Positions 9,307 through 19,783 of a stretch of DNA of 64,000 nt are shown here, piece after piece; position 1 is the stretch's first letter; each line of letters begins with the position of its first letter. Below the pieces are notes generated by a model. The model searched no databases and had not been told where the DNA came from. It saw only the letters and a program-made list of their open reading frames with translations. Source of the stretch: an uncultured Gemmatimonadales bacterium. Lineage in GTDB: Bacteria; Gemmatimonadota; Gemmatimonadetes; Longimicrobiales; Gaopeijiaceae. A program made the translations under genes and the position numbers. The stretch spans positions 128,001 through 192,000 of the forward strand of contig CAWELD010000010.1 in assembly GCA_963809895.1 (NCBI GenBank), read 5' to 3'.

Positions 9307-10913
9307 ATGACTCCGGAGCCACCCCGTCCTCATCCCGACGCCGCCGTCTCCATGCGCGGCGTGCACAAGCGCTACGGGGCGGTGGTGGCGCTGGACGGGG
9401 CCGAGCTCGCGGCCCGGGTCGGCGAGGTCCACGCGGTCCTGGGCGAGAACGGGGCCGGCAAGACGACCCTGCTGTCGGTGCTGCCGGGATGGTGACGCCC
9501 GACGCGGGCGAGATCCGCCTGGGCGGCGAGGCGGTACTGCCGCGCACCCCCCGCGAGGCCTGGCGCCTGGGCGTGGGGATGGTCCACCAGCACTTCGCGC
9601 TGGTGCCGCGCCTGACCGTTCTGGAGAACCTCGCCCTGGGCCGTCGCGGCGGATGGGCCGGCCTCCGGCTGCCGCTGGACGAAGTGGCACGCCAGGCCAC
9701 CGCCCTGAGCGTGGAGACGGGTCTGGAGGTTCCGCTCGACCGTCGCGTGGAGGGCCTGGGCGTCGGAGACCGCCAGCGGGCGGAGATTCTCAAGGTGCTC
9801 CTGCGCGAGCCCCGGGTGCTCGTCCTGGACGAGCCCACGGCGGTGCTGTCGCCGCCCGAGGTCGACGCCCTGTTGGACCTGCTCGGACGGTTGGCGGGGC
9901 AGGGCAAAGCCGTGCTGTTGGTAGCCCACAAGCTCGACGAGGTCCTGGCCGTCGCCGATCGGGTGACGGTGCTGCGGGGTGGCCGCACGGTGCTCGAGGC
10001 TCCCCGGGCCGCGGTGGACGCCGGGCGGCTGGCCGACGCCATGGTGGGGAGCGGTGGGGCGGAACGGGCGGAGATCATGGGCGTCGAGGGTGGCGCCGCC
10101 ACCGCTCTGGAGGGTGACGCCGTCGGGGCTTCCTTCACGGCCCGGACCTCGCCCGCGTCACCGGAGACTCCCGCGTCACCCGAGATTCCCGCCACTGCCG
10201 TCGCCAATCTGGCGAACGTCCGTGTGGTTTCCGAAGGGCGTGACGCGTTACGTGGCGTGGACCTGGTCGTGCGTCGCGGCGAGATCGTGGGGATCGCCGG
10301 CGTGGAGGGGAACGGCCAACGCGAGCTGGCGTCCGTGTTGGCGGGACGACGGCTCCCGGACAGCGGGCAGGCGCGCATTCCGGCCGACCCCGCCTTCATC
10401 CCCCAGGACCGCGGTCGCGAGGGGCTGGTGGCGAGCTTCACGCTGGCGGAGAACCTCGCCCTGGCCCTGCAGCGGGATCCGGCGTACCGGCGCGGCCCAT
10501 GGCTCCGGTGGAAGAGCATCCGCGCGCGCACCGTCCGGGCGCTGGCGGATTTCGAGGTGCGGGCGCCGGGCCCGGACGCCCGGGCCGGTGCGCTCAGTGG
10601 CGGGAACCAGCAGAAGCTGGTGGTGGCGCGCGAGCTCGCCGGGGACCCGACGCTGCTGGTAGCCGAGAATCCCACCCGAGGCCTGGACGTGGCGGCCGCG
10701 GCCTTCGTGCACGCCCGTCTGCGGGAGCTGCGGGCCCGGGGCGAGAACGGTCCGGGCATCGTGCTGGTGTCGGCGGACCTGGACGAGATCCTGGCGCTGG
10801 CCGATCGCGTGCTGGTCATGGTGCGTGGCCGGCTCACTCCCGTGCCCGAGGCCGAGCGCACCCGTGCGGGCATCGGACGCCGGATGCTGGCCGGCGGAGA
10901 CCAGGCGCCGTGA
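9307..10913 (+). CDS. ABC transporter ATP-binding protein, two-domain sugar/nucleoside type; frameshift near 9484
   Basis: Walker A GENGAGKTT in 9307-9495 continues in another frame (MVHQHF, LDEPT, LSGGNQQK); one missing base restores the frame. Confidence 0.88.
10152..10193 (+). repeat. Imperfect 18-bp tandem repeat encoding PASPET/PASPEI in the ATPase linker
   Basis: cccgcgtcaccggagact followed by cccgcgtcacccgagatt and a partial third copy. Confidence 0.55.
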
Positions 10914-11980
10914 GGCCGGCGTTGGCACGCGTGTGGCCCGCGCTGTCGGCGTTGGCCGCTCTGGCGCTGACGTTGGCGGTGGGCGCCGTCACGCTGGCGC
11001 TGGGCGGCTACCCTCCGGGTCGGGCACTGGCCGCCCTGGTGGGCGGCGCCTTCGGATCGACGCAGGCGGTGCTGTCCATCACGCTGGTGCGCACCGTACC
11101 GCTCCTCTTCACCGGTCTCGCCGTCGCGCTGGCCTTTCGCGCGGGCGTCTGGAACATCGGCGCCGAGGGGCAGCTCTACGCCGGCGCGGTGGCGGCCACC
11201 TGGGTCGGGCTGGTGGGAGGCGCGCTGCCGGCATGGCTGCTGGTCCCGGCCGTGCTGGCGGCGGCGCTGGCCGCCGGCGCTGCCTGGGCCGCGGTGCCCG
11301 CGCTCATGAAGCTCCGTCTGGGGGTGGGCGAGGTCATCACGACCCTGCTCATGAACTTCGTGGCCATCGACCTGGCCTCGTGGCTCGTGCACGGCCCGCT
11401 GCAGGAGAGCCGGGGCGTCTTTCCCCAGACCGATCCCATCGCCGAGGCCGCGCGCCTGCCCCGGCTGATTCCCGGCACGCGCCTGCACATGGGGTTGGCC
11501 CTCGCGCTGGCGGTGGCACTGGCCCTGTGGATCTTCCTGCGCTGGACCCGGGCGGGCTTCCAGGTGCGGGCCGCCGGGGCCTCGCCCGAGGCGGCCCGCG
11601 TGTCGGGGCGGGTCAACGCGAGCCGGGTCGTGCTGGGCGTGTTCCTGGTGTCGGGCGCGCTGGCGGGACTGGCCGGCGGCGTCGAGGTCAGCGGCGTCAC
11701 GTACGCCCTCTACGACAACCTGTCGCCGGGCCACGGCTACACGGCCATCGCGGTGGCGCTCCTGGCGGGGCTCCACCCGCTGGGCGTGATCCTGACCGCG
11801 CTTTTCTTCGGTGCCCTCGAGGGCGGTGCCGGCGCCATGCAGCGGGCGGCCGGGGTGCCGGCGGCCTGGGTGAGCGCCATGGAGGCGCTGGCCATTCTGA
11901 GCGTGTTGGCCGTGGACCGGAGCGTGCGCCGCTCGCTGCGCGGCGCCGGCAGCGGGGCCGGGGTCGGGAGGCGCTCGTGA
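10910..11980 (+). CDS. ABC transporter permease (nucleoside-type)
   Basis: GVWNIGAEGQ, EVITTLLMNF, GYTAIAVALL; GTGA overlap with the upstream stop. Confidence 0.92.
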   Translation: MRPALARVWPALSALAALALTLAVGAVTLALGGYPPGRALAALVGGAFGSTQAVLSITLVRTVPLLFTGLAVALAFRAGVWNIGAEGQLYAGAVAATWVGLVGGALPAWLLVPAVLAAALAAGAAWAAVPALMKLRLGVGEVITTLLMNFVAIDLASWLVHGPLQESRGVFPQTDPIAEAARLPRLIPGTRLHMGLALALAVALALWIFLRWTRAGFQVRAAGASPEAARVSGRVNASRVVLGVFLVSGALAGLAGGVEVSGVTYALYDNLSPGHGYTAIAVALLAGLHPLGVILTALFFGALEGGAGAMQRAAGVPAAWVSAMEALAILSVLAVDRSVRRSLRGAGSGAGVGRRS

Positions 11981-12909
11981 GCGACGCCGGTCTGCTCACG
12001 CCCTTCCTGGAGGCGGCCGTCCGGCTGGCGGCGCCGCTGGCGCTGGCGGCGCTGGGCGAGACCGTCTCCGAACGCAGCGGCGTCATCAACATCGGCCTCG
12101 AGGGATCCATCATCGCGGGCTGCCTGGGAGGCGCGCTGGCGGCGCTGGCCACGGGCTCGCCCGCGGTGGGCGTGGCCGGAGGCGCTGCGGCGGGCCTCGC
12201 GGTGGCGGCGATCTTCGCCGTGTTCGCCGTGGGCCTCAACACCGATCAGATCATCACCGGCACCGCGGTCACCCTCGGTGGCTTGGGCTTCACCGCGGTC
12301 ATCTACCAGGCCCGCTTCGGCGCCACCGGCACCGCCCTCACGCTCCCCACCCTGGAGGCCTGGGCCGTGCCGGGCCTGTCCCGCGTGCCCGTGATCGGCT
12401 CGGTCTTCTTCACCCAGGCGCCCACGGTCTATGTCGCCTACCTGGCGGCGCCGCTGCTGTGGTGGCTCCTGCGGCGCACGAGCTGGGGGCTGGAGCTGCG
12501 CGCGGCCGGCGAGGATCCCGAGGCCGCAGTCGCCGCCGGCGTGCGGGTGCGCTGGCTCCGTTTCTGGGCCTGCCTGCTGGCCGGCGCCCTGGCCGGGGTC
12601 GCCGGTGCGCATCTGGCGCTGGCCTACACCGGGACCTTCTCCGAGGGCATGTCGGCGGGGCGCGGCTTCATCGCCATCGCGGTGGTGGTGCTGGGGCGCT
12701 GGAATCCCCTCGGCGTGCTGTTGGCGGCCTTCTTCTTCGGGGCCGCGTCGGCGCTCCAGTTCTTCCTGCAGACCCTGGGGCTGGACGTCGGGTATCAACT
12801 TTTTCTGGCCCTCCCGTATGCCCTCACCCTGGCGGCCCTGGCCGGCTGGGTGGGCCGCGCGCGGGCCCCGGCGGCGCTGGCGCTGCCCTGGCCACGAGAA
12901 GACGAATGA
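11977..12909 (+). CDS. ABC transporter permease (nucleoside-type)
   Basis: SERSGVINIGLEG, GRGFIAIA..GRWNP; GTGA overlap. Confidence 0.92.
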   Translation: MSDAGLLTPFLEAAVRLAAPLALAALGETVSERSGVINIGLEGSIIAGCLGGALAALATGSPAVGVAGGAAAGLAVAAIFAVFAVGLNTDQIITGTAVTLGGLGFTAVIYQARFGATGTALTLPTLEAWAVPGLSRVPVIGSVFFTQAPTVYVAYLAAPLLWWLLRRTSWGLELRAAGEDPEAAVAAGVRVRWLRFWACLLAGALAGVAGAHLALAYTGTFSEGMSAGRGFIAIAVVVLGRWNPLGVLLAAFFFGAASALQFFLQTLGLDVGYQLFLALPYALTLAALAGWVGRARAPAALALPWPREDE

Positions 12910-12932
12910 GCGCCTCTGAGGGCGCCTCATGC

Positions 12933-12960
12933 TTGAACCATTGACCGGGAAAGCTAGCTT
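12933..12960 (+). promoter_or_regulatory. Putative sigma70 promoter TTGAAC-N16-TAGCTT, probably leaderless
   Basis: -10-like TAGCTT ends 6 nt before the ATG at 12967; no obvious SD; imperfect hairpin at about 12907-12931 just upstream. Confidence 0.45.
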
Positions 12961-12966
12961 CGATCC

Positions 12967-15711
12967 ATGTCTACGACCCGAGCCGTGCGATCCTCCCGCG
13001 TCCGGCGCGCCCTTGGTGGCGGCCTGACGTCTCTCCTCCTCCTCTTCGTCTCCACCCTCTCCGCCGCGGCGCAACAGGTGCCGCTGGAGCGGGGCGTCAC
13101 CGGCACCGCGCTGGATCTGCGGCGGCTGGACGGCGTCAAGCGGGTGCTGATGATCGGCGCCCATCCCGACGACGAGGACACCTCGCTCCTCACCACGCTG
13201 TCCCGGGGGATGGGGGTCGAGACGGCCTACCTGGCCCTGACCCGGGGCGACGGGGGTCAGAACCTCATCGGGCCCGAGCTGTTCGAGGGATTGGGGGTGG
13301 TGCGCACCGGCGAGCTGCTGGCGGCGCGCAAGCTGGACGGCGGCCGCCAGTTCTTCACCCGGGCCTTCGACTACGGGTTCAGCAAGAGCGCCGACGAGGC
13401 CCTGAGCTTCTGGCCCGAAGAGAAGCTGCTTCGCGACGTGGTGTGGGTGGTCCGCAAGTTCCGGCCGCAGGTCATCGTGTCGGTGTTCTCGGGCACGCCC
13501 GCCGACGGGCACGGCCAGCACCAGGCCGCGGGAATCGTGGCCCAGGAGGTCTTCTCGGCGGCCGCCGATCCCACGAAATACCCGGAGCAGCTCTCCATGG
13601 GCGTGGAGACCTGGCAGGCCAGCAAGCTCTACCGCCTGAACCGCAGGGTGGAGGGTCCGCCCCCCATCACCATGGAGACGGGCACCTGGGATCCGGTGCT
13701 GGGGCGCTCGTATTTCCAGCTCGCCATGGAGAGTCGGAGCCAGCACCGCTCGCAGGACATGGGCCAGTCCCAGCCGCTGGGGCCCCGTGCGTCGTCGCTG
13801 GTGCTCATCAACAAGGCTCCCGACGTGGACGTCTCCACCGACGCCGCCTTCTTCGCCGGGGTCGACACGACCCTGGCCGGGCTCGCCGACGATCTCACCC
13901 CGGCCGCCGGCCGTGCGGTGCTGGGCGATGCCGAGGGCTACCGCGAGGAGCTGACCCGGGCCGAGGGCATGTTGTCGGCCACGGATCCGGAGGCGGTGGT
14001 GCCGGCCCTGGCCGAAGCCCGGGCGCATCTGGTGAGCGCGCTGGCCGCGACGGCCACCGATCCCGAGGGGGGCGACGTGCGGACCGTGCTCTCTCACCGG
14101 CTGCAGGAGCTCGACGAGACCATGGTCGCCGCCGCCGGTGTGGTGATCCGGGCCCGCGTCGACGACGGGCTCGTGGTGCCCGGCGACACGGTGAACGTCA
14201 TGGTGGAGGTCTGGAACGGCGGCGGGCTCGACATGGCCGACGTGAAGCCCGGGCTGGACCTGCCGCGGGGCTGGCGGGTGGCGGACGTGACCGCGGCAGC
14301 CGACGACGGACGTGACAACGGCTTCTTCGGCCGTTCACCTTCAGCGTCTCTGTCCGATGATGGCGGCGTGCCGGCGGGGCAGGTGGCCCGCTGGCGATTC
14401 GCCGTGAGCGTGCCCCCCGACGCCGACCTCTCCAGGCTCTACTACCGCCTTCGCCCCCGCGACGGCGAGATGTATCAGTGGCCGCAGGACCGGCCGGACC
14501 TGTGGGCGCTGCCCAAGGACCCGGCGCCCATGCACGCCCACGTGACCTTCCGCCTGGGCGACGGCACGGGCGGGCTCCTGTCGGTGGAGCGGGAGGCCCG
14601 CTACATCGGCGTGGACAAGGCCACCGGCGAGTACAGCGAGCCGGTCCTGGTGGTGCCGACGGTGTCGGTGGCGGCGTCTCCGGCGTCCATGGCCTGGCCC
14701 GCCGGCATGAAGGAGACCCGCGAGATCACCGTGGAGCTCCGGGGCGAGGCCCGGGCCAGCGGCTCGGTGCGGTTGGATGCGCCCACGGGCTGGCAGGTGG
14801 AGCCCGCATCGGTGCCGTTCCGGTTCGACGAGCCGGGCCAGAGCCGCACCGTGGCCTTCCACGTCACGCCCGACGGGGTCAGCCAGGGGCGTTCCAGCTT
14901 CCAGGCGGTGGCCACGCTGGACGACGGCCGCACCTACGCCGAGGGCTACTCGCTCATCGACTATCCCCACATCGAGCGCACCGCCTTCTTCGAGCCGGCG
15001 GTGGCCAACGTCACCGTTGTGCCCGTGAAGATCGCCGACGGCCTCAAGGTGGGCTACATCATGGGCTCCGGCGACGACGGCGTGGAGGCGCTGCGCCAGC
15101 TCGGCGTGGACGTCGAGGTGCTCGGTCCCGAACGCGTGCGCAGCGGCGATTTCCAGGGGCTGGACGCGCTGGTCCTGGGGATTCGCGCCTACGAGACCCG
15201 TCCGGACCTGGTGGCGGCCAACGATCAGGTGCTGGCCTTCGCCCGGGCTGGGGGCAGCGTGCTCGTGCAGTACAACAAGTACGAGTTTCCCAACGGCGAC
15301 TTCGCCCCGTATCCGGTCTCCATGGGCCGCGGCGCGCCCAGGGTCACCGACGAGCACTCACCGGTGAAGATGCTGGACCCGAACTCGCCGGTGTTCAGCA
15401 CGCCCAACCGCATCACCCAGGAAGACTTCCAGGGATGGGTGCAGGAGCGGGGGCTCTACTTCCTGGCCGAGTGGGACGATCACTTCATGCCTCAGCTCGA
15501 GCTCACCGATCCCGGTGAGGATCCCACGGACGGCTCCATCCTGGTCGCACCGGTGGGCGACGGCCTCTACACCTACGCCGCGCTGTCCTTCTTCCGGCAG
15601 TTCCCGGCGGGGGTGGCAGGGGCGTACCGGCTGTTCGCCAACCTGGTGTCGTTGAACGCCGATACCTGGCATCGGTACCTGGAGTCGATCGGGCGGCCGA
15701 TCAGCCAGTAG
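12967..15711 (+). CDS. Secreted PIG-L/LmbE family deacetylase with Ig-like (NEW3-type) domains and a C-terminal class I GATase-like domain
   Basis: Signal peptide; GAHPDDED, TRGDGGQN, HGQHQ; C-terminal VGYIMGSGD..GGSVLVQY. Confidence 0.88.
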   Translation: MSTTRAVRSSRVRRALGGGLTSLLLLFVSTLSAAAQQVPLERGVTGTALDLRRLDGVKRVLMIGAHPDDEDTSLLTTLSRGMGVETAYLALTRGDGGQNLIGPELFEGLGVVRTGELLAARKLDGGRQFFTRAFDYGFSKSADEALSFWPEEKLLRDVVWVVRKFRPQVIVSVFSGTPADGHGQHQAAGIVAQEVFSAAADPTKYPEQLSMGVETWQASKLYRLNRRVEGPPPITMETGTWDPVLGRSYFQLAMESRSQHRSQDMGQSQPLGPRASSLVLINKAPDVDVSTDAAFFAGVDTTLAGLADDLTPAAGRAVLGDAEGYREELTRAEGMLSATDPEAVVPALAEARAHLVSALAATATDPEGGDVRTVLSHRLQELDETMVAAAGVVIRARVDDGLVVPGDTVNVMVEVWNGGGLDMADVKPGLDLPRGWRVADVTAAADDGRDNGFFGRSPSASLSDDGGVPAGQVARWRFAVSVPPDADLSRLYYRLRPRDGEMYQWPQDRPDLWALPKDPAPMHAHVTFRLGDGTGGLLSVEREARYIGVDKATGEYSEPVLVVPTVSVAASPASMAWPAGMKETREITVELRGEARASGSVRLDAPTGWQVEPASVPFRFDEPGQSRTVAFHVTPDGVSQGRSSFQAVATLDDGRTYAEGYSLIDYPHIERTAFFEPAVANVTVVPVKIADGLKVGYIMGSGDDGVEALRQLGVDVEVLGPERVRSGDFQGLDALVLGIRAYETRPDLVAANDQVLAFARAGGSVLVQYNKYEFPNGDFAPYPVSMGRGAPRVTDEHSPVKMLDPNSPVFSTPNRITQEDFQGWVQERGLYFLAEWDDHFMPQLELTDPGEDPTDGSILVAPVGDGLYTYAALSFFRQFPAGVAGAYRLFANLVSLNADTWHRYLESIGRPISQ

Positions 15712-15717
15712 CGTCGC

Positions 15718-17395
15718 TCAGGTCCGCCTGGGCACCGCTACGCTGACGGCCACGCCCACACCCACGACGACCGCCACGCCGACGACGTTGTACCACAGGA
15801 AGGAGATCTCCGCCCCGCCGAAGGCGACGGCGCCCACGGCGAACATCCCCACGATGAGGCCGACGAAGGCGGCCCAGCCGCCTGCCCAGGGGATCATGGC
15901 GAGGAGGAAGACGCCCAGGATCAGGCCGTAGAAGAACGAGCCGAAGCGGTTCACCACCTCGATGAGGGATCCCAGGGTGGCGGCGTAGGTGGCGACCACG
16001 CAGGCGAAGAGCCCCCAGAAGCCCGTGGCGACCTTGGAGACCGTGAGGTAGTGGGCGTCCGAGGCCTCGGGCTTGACCCAGCGCCGGTAGAAGTCGATGA
16101 CCGTGACCGTAGAGAGCGAATTCAACTCGGCTGCGATGGACGACATGGCGGCGGCGATGACGCCGGCGATGAAGATTCCCGCCAGCCCGATGGGGAGCTC
16201 GCGCAGCACGAAGGACGGGATGATGTAGTTCACGTCCTCGCTGGACTCACCCGTGACGTCCTCGGCCAGGGCCAACGCCTGCGAGCGGACGTCTTCCACG
16301 GTGGCCTCGCGGGCCTCGAAGGCCTGCATGGCGGTAGCCGCGCCGGCGGCATCTCCCGCGTCGCGGGCGTCGGCCACGTCGCGCGCCGCGGCCTCGCGCT
16401 GCTGGAACGCCACCTGGAAGCGGTCCTCGAGCTCCTGATAGAGCGGACCGCGCTCTGCCACCACCTGCGCTTCCTGCGCCGGGATTGAAGAGGAGGGGTG
16501 GCGTCTTGAAGATGTAGTAGACGAACACCAGGACGCCCACCAGCAGGACCAGGGCCTGGAGGGGGATCTTCCAGTACGCGCTCATGAGGAGCGAGCTGCG
16601 GGCCTCGTTCACCGAGCGCGCGGTGAGATAGCGCTGGACCTGGCTCTGGTCGGTGCCGAAGTACGAGAGCATGAGGAAGGTCCCGCCCAGGATCCCCGAC
16701 CAGAAGGTGTAGGTCTCGTTCAGGTTGAACGAGAAGTCGAAGACCTTGAGCCGGCCCGTGGAGCCGGCGATGCGGAGGGCGTCATCGGGCGTGACCGGCA
16801 TCTTGATGAGCAGCACCGCCACGATGGCCACCAGCGCCACCACGATGAGCACCATCTGCTTCACGTCGGCCCAGGTGACCGCCTGCACCCCGCCGATCAT
16901 GGTGTAGATGACCGTGGGAATCCCGATCAGGGCCACGGCCCAGGGCAGGCTCCAGCCGAAGATGGCCGAGAAGACCACAGCCGGCGCGGCGATGATGACG
17001 CCGCAGGACATCCCCCTGGACATCAGGAAGAGAAAGCTCGTCAACGAGCGGGTCTGGGTGTTGAAGCGGCCCTCGAGGTATTCGTAGGCCGTGTAGACCC
17101 GGGAGCCGTGCAGGAAGGGCACCAGGGTGACCCCGAGGATCACCATGGCGATGGGCAGCCCGAAGTAGAACTGCACGAAGCGGAGCCCGTCCGTGGCGCC
17201 CTGACCCGTGGTGCCGATCATGGTGACGGCCGAGAGCTGGGTCGCCATGACCGAGAGCCCCACCGCCCACCAGGGCAGGCTGCGGTTGGCCAGGAAGTAG
17301 CCCTCGATCTCCTTGGTGCCCCGGGACCGGCGCACCCCGTCCACCAGCACGTATCCGACGTAGACCGCGACGATGATCCAGTTGATGGGATGCAT
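15718..17395 (-). CDS. Sodium:solute symporter (SSS) family protein; frameshift near 16480
   Basis: [24 protein letters not shown] and [11 protein letters not shown] in 16247-17395; AAAMSS in 15718-16464; one extra base splits the gene. Confidence 0.9.
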
Positions 17396-17404
17396 GGCGT
17401 CGCG

Positions 17405-17563
17405 CTAGCTCAGGTCGTAGCTGGCCTGGAGCAGCCACAGCAGGAGCAGCGTGACCACCTGCACGGCCATCACCTTGACCAGGGTGCGGCGGAAGGTCGA
17501 TCGATCGGCGGGGGGATCGCCCGATGGTCGGGCGTCGCGGGTGGCTTCGTCGGGAGGGGTCAT
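17405..17563 (-). CDS. Small single-pass membrane protein (52 aa) directly upstream of the SSS transporter
   Basis: One C-terminal hydrophobic helix (VMAVQVVTLLLLWLLQ); ends 9 bp before the SSS start. Confidence 0.6.
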   Translation of the reverse strand: MTPPDEATRDARPSGDPPADRSTFRRTLVKVMAVQVVTLLLLWLLQASYDLS

Positions 17564-17651
17564 GGCGGGAGAAGCTCCGGCGAAGCGGGCGTGGGCGCAA
17601 GGTGGAATCCCCGCGCCCACGCCCGTCAGGGTCGGTCCTCCGCGTCTCGGG

Positions 17652-18176
17652 TCAGGCGGTATGACGCCGGGCCATGAGGTTCACCGCGGCTCCTGCACCG
17701 GCCACGGCCAGCATTGCCCAGGCCAGCGAGCCGCTCCACACGGCGCCCAGTCCCAGCCAGGCATCCATGGAGAGTGGGCCGGGGCCCGTGAGACCCAGCA
17801 CCACCGCCGCCGTGCCGAACACGAGTGGCAGCTCGATGCCGTTGGAGGTGGCGAAGAGCCCGTTCTTCAGGTGCACGCTGACGGCCGCCACGATCATGAC
17901 GGCGAGCATGAGCGCCGGGCCCACCGGCCCGAAGAGTCCGAGGGCGACCAGTAGGCCGCTCAGGGTCTCGGTGGCCGCGGCCACCGTGGCGAAGAGCTTC
18001 CCGGGCCGGAAGCCCAGGCTCTCGAAGAAGCCCGCGGTGCCGGCCAGACCGTGTCCGCCGAACCAGCCGAACAATTTCTGGCTCCCGTGGGCGGCCATGA
18101 GGAGGCCGAACACGAGGCGAGCGATGAGCAGGCCCACGCTCAGCGTGGTGACTCCGGAATAGCTGATGGTGTTCAT
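17652..18176 (-). CDS. DoxX family membrane protein
   Basis: GLLIARLVFG..HGSQKLFGWFGG..GIEL..GPGPLSMD. Confidence 0.92.
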   Translation of the reverse strand: MNTISYSGVTTLSVGLLIARLVFGLLMAAHGSQKLFGWFGGHGLAGTAGFFESLGFRPGKLFATVAAATETLSGLLVALGLFGPVGPALMLAVMIVAAVSVHLKNGLFATSNGIELPLVFGTAAVVLGLTGPGPLSMDAWLGLGAVWSGSLAWAMLAVAGAGAAVNLMARRHTA

Positions 18177-18212
18177 GATATGCTCCCTGTTGGTATGAAC
18201 GTGGCGACTGTC

Positions 18213-18225
18213 AGTGTTGTAACAT
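18213..18225 (-). promoter_or_regulatory. Putative MarR operator upstream of doxX (ATGTTACAACACT on the minus strand)
   Basis: TGTT-N2-AACA inverted repeat; 11/13 identical to the repeat in the marR promoter. Confidence 0.55.
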
Positions 18226-18321
18226 CTATTGCTGCAAGAAAAATACGGTCCTGCTGCTGGCCGGGGCGGAGCCGGTCATCTTCCGCGGCCGAATCGCTCG
18301 GCGCCAGGCCGCCGAACCCCC

Positions 18322-18789
18322 TCATCCGCCTGCTCGAATCGCCGCGAGGCTGGCGGACAGCTGCGCCAGCGCCGCCGCGTCGAGGCAACCCACCGTGTCC
18401 ACCTCGTGCTGGTGTAGATCCGGCGTGGCTTCCTCAAGGAGCGCCAGTCCCCGCTCCGTGATGCGCGCCGTGACGTGGCGGCGGTCCTTGCGGTCCCGCT
18501 GCCGGCGGATGAGCTCCATGGCCTCCAGCCGCTCCAGGAGTCGGGGCACGTCCGGCACCTTCGCCACCATGCGCTCACCCACCTCCCGGCCGCACAGGCC
18601 GCTGTCGCCGGACCCGCGCAGGATGCGAAGCACGTTGTACTGCGTCGGCGTCAGCCCGTGGGGCTTGAGCGCCTCGGCAAGGCGGTGCTCGATGACCGCG
18701 GCCGTGCGGAGGATGCCCAGCAGGGCCTCCGCGGCGGGGCTCGTGAAGGGCCTCGTCTGCTTGATCTCGTCCTGAAGCGTCTTGACCAT
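18322..18789 (-). CDS. MarR family transcriptional regulator
   Basis: LTPTQYNVLRILRG, PDVPRLLERLE, DRRHVTARIT winged HTH. Confidence 0.93.
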   Translation of the reverse strand: MVKTLQDEIKQTRPFTSPAAEALLGILRTAAVIEHRLAEALKPHGLTPTQYNVLRILRGSGDSGLCGREVGERMVAKVPDVPRLLERLEAMELIRRQRDRKDRRHVTARITERGLALLEEATPDLHQHEVDTVGCLDAAALAQLSASLAAIRAGG

Positions 18790-18795
18790 GGAAAC

Positions 18796-18824
18796 AAGTT
18801 AAATGTTAAAACATTCAATGTCAA
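18796..18824 (-). promoter_or_regulatory. Sigma70 promoter TTGACA-N17-TAACTT with an operator inverted repeat in the spacer; leaderless marR
   Basis: Perfect -35 at 18824-18819, -10 at 18801-18796, ATG 7 nt downstream; AATGTT-AA-AACATT in the spacer. Confidence 0.75.
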
Positions 18825-18875
18825 CACACATACCGCGACCCGGTCGGCGGGGCCCCAGCGAGGTGCCCCCTGTGC

Positions 18876-19658
18876 TCAGGGGCTGCGCCATCCCGCCTTG
18901 GTCCAGATGATGACGAGGCCGCAGATGGAATCCCCCCGCGCCGCCTGGTTGCGCAGCTCCTCGGGCACCTCGCCGAAATACCGGTAGATCTCCACCGCCA
19001 TGACGTCGCCGGGCAACAGCCCGTCGAGGGGATAGCTGCGCCAGGGATTTCCGCCGTCTCCCTGCACGGGCACGTTGTCCAGACGATAGCTGAAGCAACC
19101 CGATCCCAGGCTGGAGACGATTTCCGGAATCCCCCCTCGCCCGAAGTTCTTGCGACGAACGCCCGGCAGGTCGCGGAAGATCTCGGTGACGCCGTACTTG
19201 TCCTTGAGCGCTACGTCCACGGGATCCAGAAACAGGCCCTCGCCCCGCGCGCGCCGGCGCGAAAACTGGGCGATGCCCGAGCGGCTGTCGGCGGTGGCGA
19301 CGAGCGGGTCCAGCTCCAGCGCGGCGGGGGTCAGCCGCACCACCATGGGCGAGTCACCGGCGTCCGCGGGAGGCCCGCTCCACACTTCGTACCCGAGGGC
19401 GGTCACGCGCATTCTGGTTGCCGCTGGAGGCCTGGAGTCCAGCCTGGCCATGCCGTCCGTGCCCGAATACGCCGTGCCCAGCACCGAGCCGTCTTCTCCC
19501 AGGAGTTGCACCGCCGCCTGGGGCACCGGCAGACCCGACGTGTCGTCCAGTACGCGAACGTCGAGCTGGGCCGACACGGGCTCGGCGGCGGCGAGCGTCA
19601 GCGCCACCAGGAGGAGGGCGACGAGGTTCAGGCGGAGCGAGATCGGACGAGCGGGCAT
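18876..19658 (-). CDS. Secreted protein with a carboxypeptidase-regulatory-like domain and a TonB plug-like domain, no barrel
   Basis: Signal peptide; VLDDTSGLPVPQAAV..GTDG..ALGY; EIFRDLPGV..DVMAVEIY..CGLVIIWTK. Confidence 0.7.
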   Translation of the reverse strand: MPARPISLRLNLVALLLVALTLAAAEPVSAQLDVRVLDDTSGLPVPQAAVQLLGEDGSVLGTAYSGTDGMARLDSRPPAATRMRVTALGYEVWSGPPADAGDSPMVVRLTPAALELDPLVATADSRSGIAQFSRRRARGEGLFLDPVDVALKDKYGVTEIFRDLPGVRRKNFGRGGIPEIVSSLGSGCFSYRLDNVPVQGDGGNPWRSYPLDGLLPGDVMAVEIYRYFGEVPEELRNQAARGDSICGLVIIWTKAGWRSP

Positions 19659-19783
19659 GGTCTGTCATTGCTGGCGTGGCTCGCCCGGAATCGCAAGCGA
19701 GTCGTGGTTCTGAAACCCCGAAGGAGCCGCTCGCGTCATGATGTTGTACATTGAACAGGATACCTCTGGGGAGATGCGAGCGC

